NCBI GenBank assembly: GCA_038087875.1
Contig: CM075979.1
Coordinates: 75,826,001 to 75,890,000 of the forward strand
DNA: 64,000 nt
Source of the DNA: Malacoraja senta
Lineage: Eukaryota
Reading direction: 5' to 3'
Shown here: positions 58,739-64,000 of the stretch, piece after piece
Numbering within the stretch: the first letter of the stretch is position 1
Layout of the letters: every line of letters starts with the position of its first letter
Made by a program: the position numbers and the translations under genes
Notes under the pieces: model-generated
The model's database searches: none
Told to the model about the DNA's origin: nothing
The model's input: the letters and a program-made list of their open reading frames with translations, nothing else

Positions 58739-59699
58739 ATTCAGCGTTTCGAATTAATTACCGAGTTTTGTCAGAGTCTAGGAGTGTATGGAATACAAGA
58801 CTGGCTGCTTCAGGACTGATTCAAATTAAAGCTTTGCTTGATGTGATTGTTACTACAGGGGCCAATAAGGGATTGCCCATCCATTACCTTTCATTTGAAG
58901 GTACTTTCATAGCACACAGGTTTTGATGCAGCTTCCCATGCTGATAACCACATTGCTCCAGTCAGGTGTGATATTTGGGCAGTTTGCAAATGAACATAAG
59001 ATTGTCTTTGAAGAAACCTATTTTGTTTTATTAAGATCCGGTAGATCATCATTTTATTTTGTATTTCCCTGCTTGAATTATTCTAAATGTAATTGAATAT
59101 AACTTTATCAGCTGCCATGGTGAGTTCAGGGATTGAAATTACTTCCCCTCCCCCCATGAACACAAGCTGGTGATGTCACCATTTTATAAATAATTTGAAA
59201 TTGATTGCTGTCTACTCTATTTTTCACTCTAAATCCCTATCTTGGCTCTGTTCGGTAGTAGTCACCTCTAAGGTAAGGTTTGGTGTTAGTGTGCCCTTCT
59301 AGGGAGTTGATTAAATGCACCTCTGTGGTAATGAGGGAGCTATACAGTTGGAGATGTCAGCTTTCAAATGAGGCATTACCTGAGGCAACCTGTGCCTTCA
59401 CAGATGGACAAATACATGAGTCCTCCCATTATGCTTTCCTATGGTACTGTTAGATCATTGCTGAATTTAAACTGCAACATTTCACCACTGCTGCTAGCAA
59501 AGTCTAGTGTTTACTGTTTGTACTGAAATGACTTGCTGCAGCTCTGCAGGCCTATTAATGCTAAAGTACAACAAATATATATTCAATAATCAAATAATAT
59601 GATAAACTAATAATCAGTGGTTGTGAGTAACCAGGCCATATTAGTGCAAAACCGAAGTATGTAGTGCAACCAAAACAAAGTTCTTGTAGATCATATATG

Positions 59700-60880
59700 C
59701 TACATAGACAATAGGTGCAGGAGTAGGCCATTTGGCCCTTTGAGCCATTCAATGTGATCATGACATCCCCTGTTCCTGCCTTCTCCCCATATCCCTTGAC
59801 TCTGCTAACCCTAAGAGCTCTATCCAACTCTCTCTCGAATGCATCCAGTGAATCGGCCACCACTGCCTTCTGAGGCAGTGAATTCCACAAATTCACAACT
59901 CTGTGTGAAAATGTTTTACCTCATCCCAGTTCTAAATGGCCTGCCCATTAATCTTAAACTGTGGCCCCTGGTTCTGGACTTCGCCAACATCGGGAACATG
60001 TTTCCTGCATCTAGCGTGTTCAATCCCATAATAATTTTATATGTTTCTATAAGATCCCCTCTCATCCTTTTAAATTCAAGAGAATACAAGCCAAGTCGCT
60101 CCATTCTTTCATCATATGACAGTCCCTCCATCCTGGGAATTAACCTTGTGAACCTACACTGCACTCCCTCAATAGCAAGAATGTCCTTCCTCAAATTTGG
60201 AGACCGAAACTGTACACCATACTCCAGGTGTGGTCTCACTAGGACCCTGTACAACTGCAGAAGGACCTCTTTGCTCCTATACTCAACTCATCTCATTATG
60301 AAGGCCAACATGTCATTAGCTTTCTTCACTGCCTGCTGTACCTGCATGCTTACTTTCAGTGACTGATGTACAAGGGTACCCAGGTCTCCTCGTACTTCCC
60401 CTTTTCCTAACCTGACACCATTCAAATAATAATCTGCCTTCCTGTTCTTGCCACCAAAGTGGATAACCACACATTTATCCATATTATACTGCATCTGCCC
60501 ACTCACTCAACCTGTCCAAGTCACCCTGCATCCTCATAGTATCCTCTTCACAGTTCACACTGCCACCCAGCTTTGTGTCATCTGCAAATTTGCTAATGTT
60601 ACTTTTAATTCCTTCATCTAAATCATTAATGTATATTGTAAATAGCTGCGGTCCCAGCACCGAGCCTTGCGGCACCCCGCTAGTCACTGCCTGCCATTCT
60701 GAAAGGGACCCGTTAATCCCTACTCTTTGTTTTCTGTCTGCCAACCAATTTTCTATCCATGTGAATACCCTACCCCTAATACCATGTGTTCTAATTTTGC
60801 CCACTAAACTCCTGTGGGACCTCATCAAAGGCTTTCTGAAAGTCCAGGTGCACTGCATCCACTGGCTCTCCCTTGTCCAG
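59700..60880 (-). mobile_element. CR1 LINE RT plus 3' end (young)
   Basis: [49 protein letters not shown]. Confidence 0.93.
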
Positions 60881-61571
60881 TTTACTTGCTGAGGTAGTGT
60901 TGTGCAGTGTTCAAAAGCCTGATAGTTGCAGGGAAAAGCTGTTTTTAAACTTTGAGACGATTCTTGGGTAGATTCCTGTATTACCTTCGTGATGGTAATA
61001 ATGAGATGAGAGTGCGTCCAGGGTGGCGAGGTTCTTTGATGATATTAGCTGCTTTCTTGATGCATGTACCTCCTGTAGATCACTTCAATGGTGGGGAGGT
61101 CAATATCTGTGTTGCACCAGGCAATAACTACCACGTTCTAAACCTATCTTCGTTCCTGGGCATTCGAGTTACTGAACCAGGCCATAATACATCCAGTCAG
61201 TGCACTCTCTACGTACACCTGCACAAGTTCAAGACAGTATTCAGTAACATATGGCATCTCCTCTTCTAAGGAAGTAGAGGCATCAATGAGCTTCCTTTAA
61301 GATTGGGCCAAATTGTTAAGAGAAAGACACTTACATTTTTTGTTGTTCAGTTTAAAGGAACGCTGAGTTATTTTGATTGGTAATAGGTTTGTTCATAATC
61401 TGAATGACATGTATAAAAATCCACTGGTGGAGAGACGCAAAATTGGTTTCTAGAACATAGGTGTTAAAGAAGGATCCGGCCTTGAAATATTACCTATCTG
61501 TGTCCTCCAGAAATGCTGCCTGACCTGTTGAGTTACTTCAGCATTTTTTGTAAACCAGCAGTTTATTTGCA

Positions 61572-61807
61572 GGTAGACAAAAGTGCTGGAGAAATTCAGC
61601 GGGTGCAGCAGCATCTATGGAGCGAAGGAAATAGGCAACGTTTCGGGCCGAAACCCTTCTTCAGACTGACGGTTCAGTCTGAAGAAAGGTTTCGGCCCGA
61701 AATGTTGCCTATTTCCTTCGCTCCATAGATGCTGCTGCACCCACTGAGTTTCTCCAGCACTTTTGTCTACCTTCGATTTTCCAGCATCTGCAGTTCCTTC
61801 TTAAACC
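61572..61807. mobile_element. Penelope-derived fold-back with back-to-back hammerhead-like cores, 12-bp TSD, nested in an older copy
   Basis: ~100-bp inverted arms; cores at 61637-61664 (-) and 61679-61706 (+); TSD GTTTATTTGCAG at 61561-61572 and 61808-61819. Confidence 0.85.
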
Positions 61808-64000
61808 GTTTATTTGCAGTTCCTTATGTCTGATGTTATGTGTGGATTGATTGAGAAAAGTTTCTCCTAGTGTTTGTATTGTTTCAAGACGACTGCAAGT
61901 GATTATAAGGTTGTAAAGAATTGAGTCTTTTTCACCATACGGTTCAATCTCAAGGTGTACGGATTTAATAGCACTGACCCCAGAGAAATAAGCAGTGCTG
62001 GTTCATCAGCTCAACTCACTGAAAACTAGTGAGCAAAAGGTTATTTTTCCTGGATGAGGGACAAACTGATGGTGGTATTCAAGATATATAATTTTACATT
62101 GTGAATGTAGATTTTTTTTATCACTGCTGGAGAGATACTAAAATAGTTGTACATCATTGACAGGGAGAAAATGAGTGAAGAGGCACAAGATTGTGTTTTA
62201 GAACATAGGAGCAGTTTTCAATTCTCTGAATTCAAGTCTGATCCTGGTGTAAGGAAGATATGCATTTCTTCTTTTCTCTCTTTAACGGCCGATGACCTGA
62301 CAGTCTGGGCCAGCATATACTGTTGGTTCCTTTCACAGCCATCGCTGCTCTATGCCACTGCTGCAGGCAGCACGTGTTGATCCAGCTGATTTAGTGCCCC
62401 CAACACCATGACCTGAGGCCACTACGACCACGTTACCTCCCGCAGCCACCTCTCCCTTTCCATGTTCCAAGAACGAATTGTACCGCTTCCCCTTTGGGGT
62501 GCTTTACAAGGGCAGCCCTAGGTGAGCTCACAGATAGTTCACAGCTACCGACTTTCCCCTTCACTACTCTCATGTTTCCTTCTTTGCTTCCAAATCTTTC
62601 AATTGTTCCTAGACACCAGGCTTTACCATGAGGAAAGGCAATCGTAGTCTTCAGGGAGAGACAGTTGTATGTGACCCTTGGATGACGGCTGTGTAAGGTA
62701 CGGTCTGATGGGGGTAGGTTTATCAAAACCAAGAGGAGAGATATAGCCAATGCTTAACATAAACAAAACACAGCCCTTCCAACAGTGCGGCACTCCCAGG
62801 GTAATGCACTATTGGCTTTGTATAGGATTCAAGTCTAGAGCAGGAGTGAATCAATTCCTACGTACTATCGCTGATCCCTACCTGACATTCTGAAAGTAAG
62901 CAGCCCTACCTAGCATTACGTGTGTTATTTACTAATCAGTCATATGTTCAGGCACGCTGATCTTCTCAGGATTGTCATAAATGGACTGGACAGGATTTGC
63001 CCTCTGTCTTGAAAGTCGATCACACATTGAAATTACGCATTGACGTCATGCACAAGACACTTATTTATATTAAAAAATTTATTTATAGATAATATGAACC
63101 TATTAACGTAGGTTGGTACAGCCGAACGAGCACTACAGTCACAGTGCCGAGGAATTACAAGCAGGAACAGTCATGTATGTTCACACGAGCCATCTCAGGG
63201 TGGGAGACACCACTCATTATGATTCACTACAGTCTCATGCAAAAATCACCACCAATTTCACATGAAAGCTTCATGTGATTAAAATTATCTATTGATTGGT
63301 CCCAATCTCCTGACTACTGAGATCAGAAATAAAGTAGCCGTTTGTTCTTTATTGAGAAGGCAGTTAACGTTACAGGAATTCTCTCCAAACTGACTAAGGA
63401 CTTCCTGTTGATTATAAACAGATGGTCAACAACCAAAGTCTGGTTTTTCATCTGTAGAATTATTGTGTCAATAATTATTACTTCTTTGAAATGGAAGAAA
63501 TGATCCACAATGGCAGGATGAGGAGGAGATTCTGGCCAAAGCCTGTAATGGAAGCACAATGTAACAAGGGACCAGTGCTTTTTTGGCTGATAAAAATGAT
63601 TAAAGATGTTAGAGATGAGCACAGGAGCGGAGCATTTTAACTTTGGGGCCTCTCACACTGTCTGCCCTGGGGTTTGTTTGTATAAACTGCTCCCTCGTTA
63701 TCCTGGCATTAATACGGAGTCGTTTATTCTGACAAAGGCACTCGTTATAAGCCCTGAAAACTCTTTCATGACAACCCCAATGTTCCTTACAAATGTACAG
63801 AGTGGCCTTTCAGCAGATCCAAACTTAGAAGCTGCCCCTTCAATGCAGATACAAGTAATTCTGAAGATTAATTCAATTAAATACATAAATATTTTATAAA
63901 CTCTTCTTTCACTTCCCTCTGATAAACAACCCCCTTTTCCCATCCCCAGTGCAAACAGCACCTGATATTTTTCTTTTGATTCCCCCCCCAAAATGAATCA

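Noticed and set aside
59839-60892. Long + strand ORFs (175 aa, 105 aa) and similar ones at 4270 and 36601
   Set aside because: Antisense shadow frames of CR1 ORF2.
63041-63306. CRE palindrome TGACGTCA and CCAAT boxes suggesting a downstream promoter
   Set aside because: Isolated short motifs in AT-rich DNA, with no CpG island or identifiable first exon.
63323-63991. ~100-aa ORFs at the window end as a possible neighbouring gene
   Set aside because: No recognisable homology or consistent splice signals; could be UTR or intergenic.

Overview
Vertebrate nuclear DNA. The repeat repertoire (CR1 LINEs, HE1/V-SINEs, Penelope-derived fold-backs) points to a cartilaginous fish, probably a skate or ray; this is an inference. 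The window holds the 3' ~three-quarters of the nucleoporin gene NUP205 on the + strand: 32 coding exons from 1850 to the stop at 58579, with poly(A) signals at ~58710-58740. Intron phases are consistent throughout except for one apparent 1-nt deletion in the 12436-12644 exon. One intron (55233-55645) is U12-type. The introns are packed with retroelements. Most notable observations: (1) a ~140-bp TSD-flanked SINE-like insertion (10594-10732, - strand) whose first 53 nt fold into a complete HDV/CPEB3-type self-cleaving ribozyme, with the predicted cleavage site exactly at the element's 5' end; (2) Penelope-derived fold-back elements carrying minimal hammerhead-ribozyme cores on both strands; (3) a GC-rich, deletion-riddled, tail-less copy of a ZFP36/TIS11-family gene lying antisense in an intron; (4) a MITE with an internal perfect hairpin.
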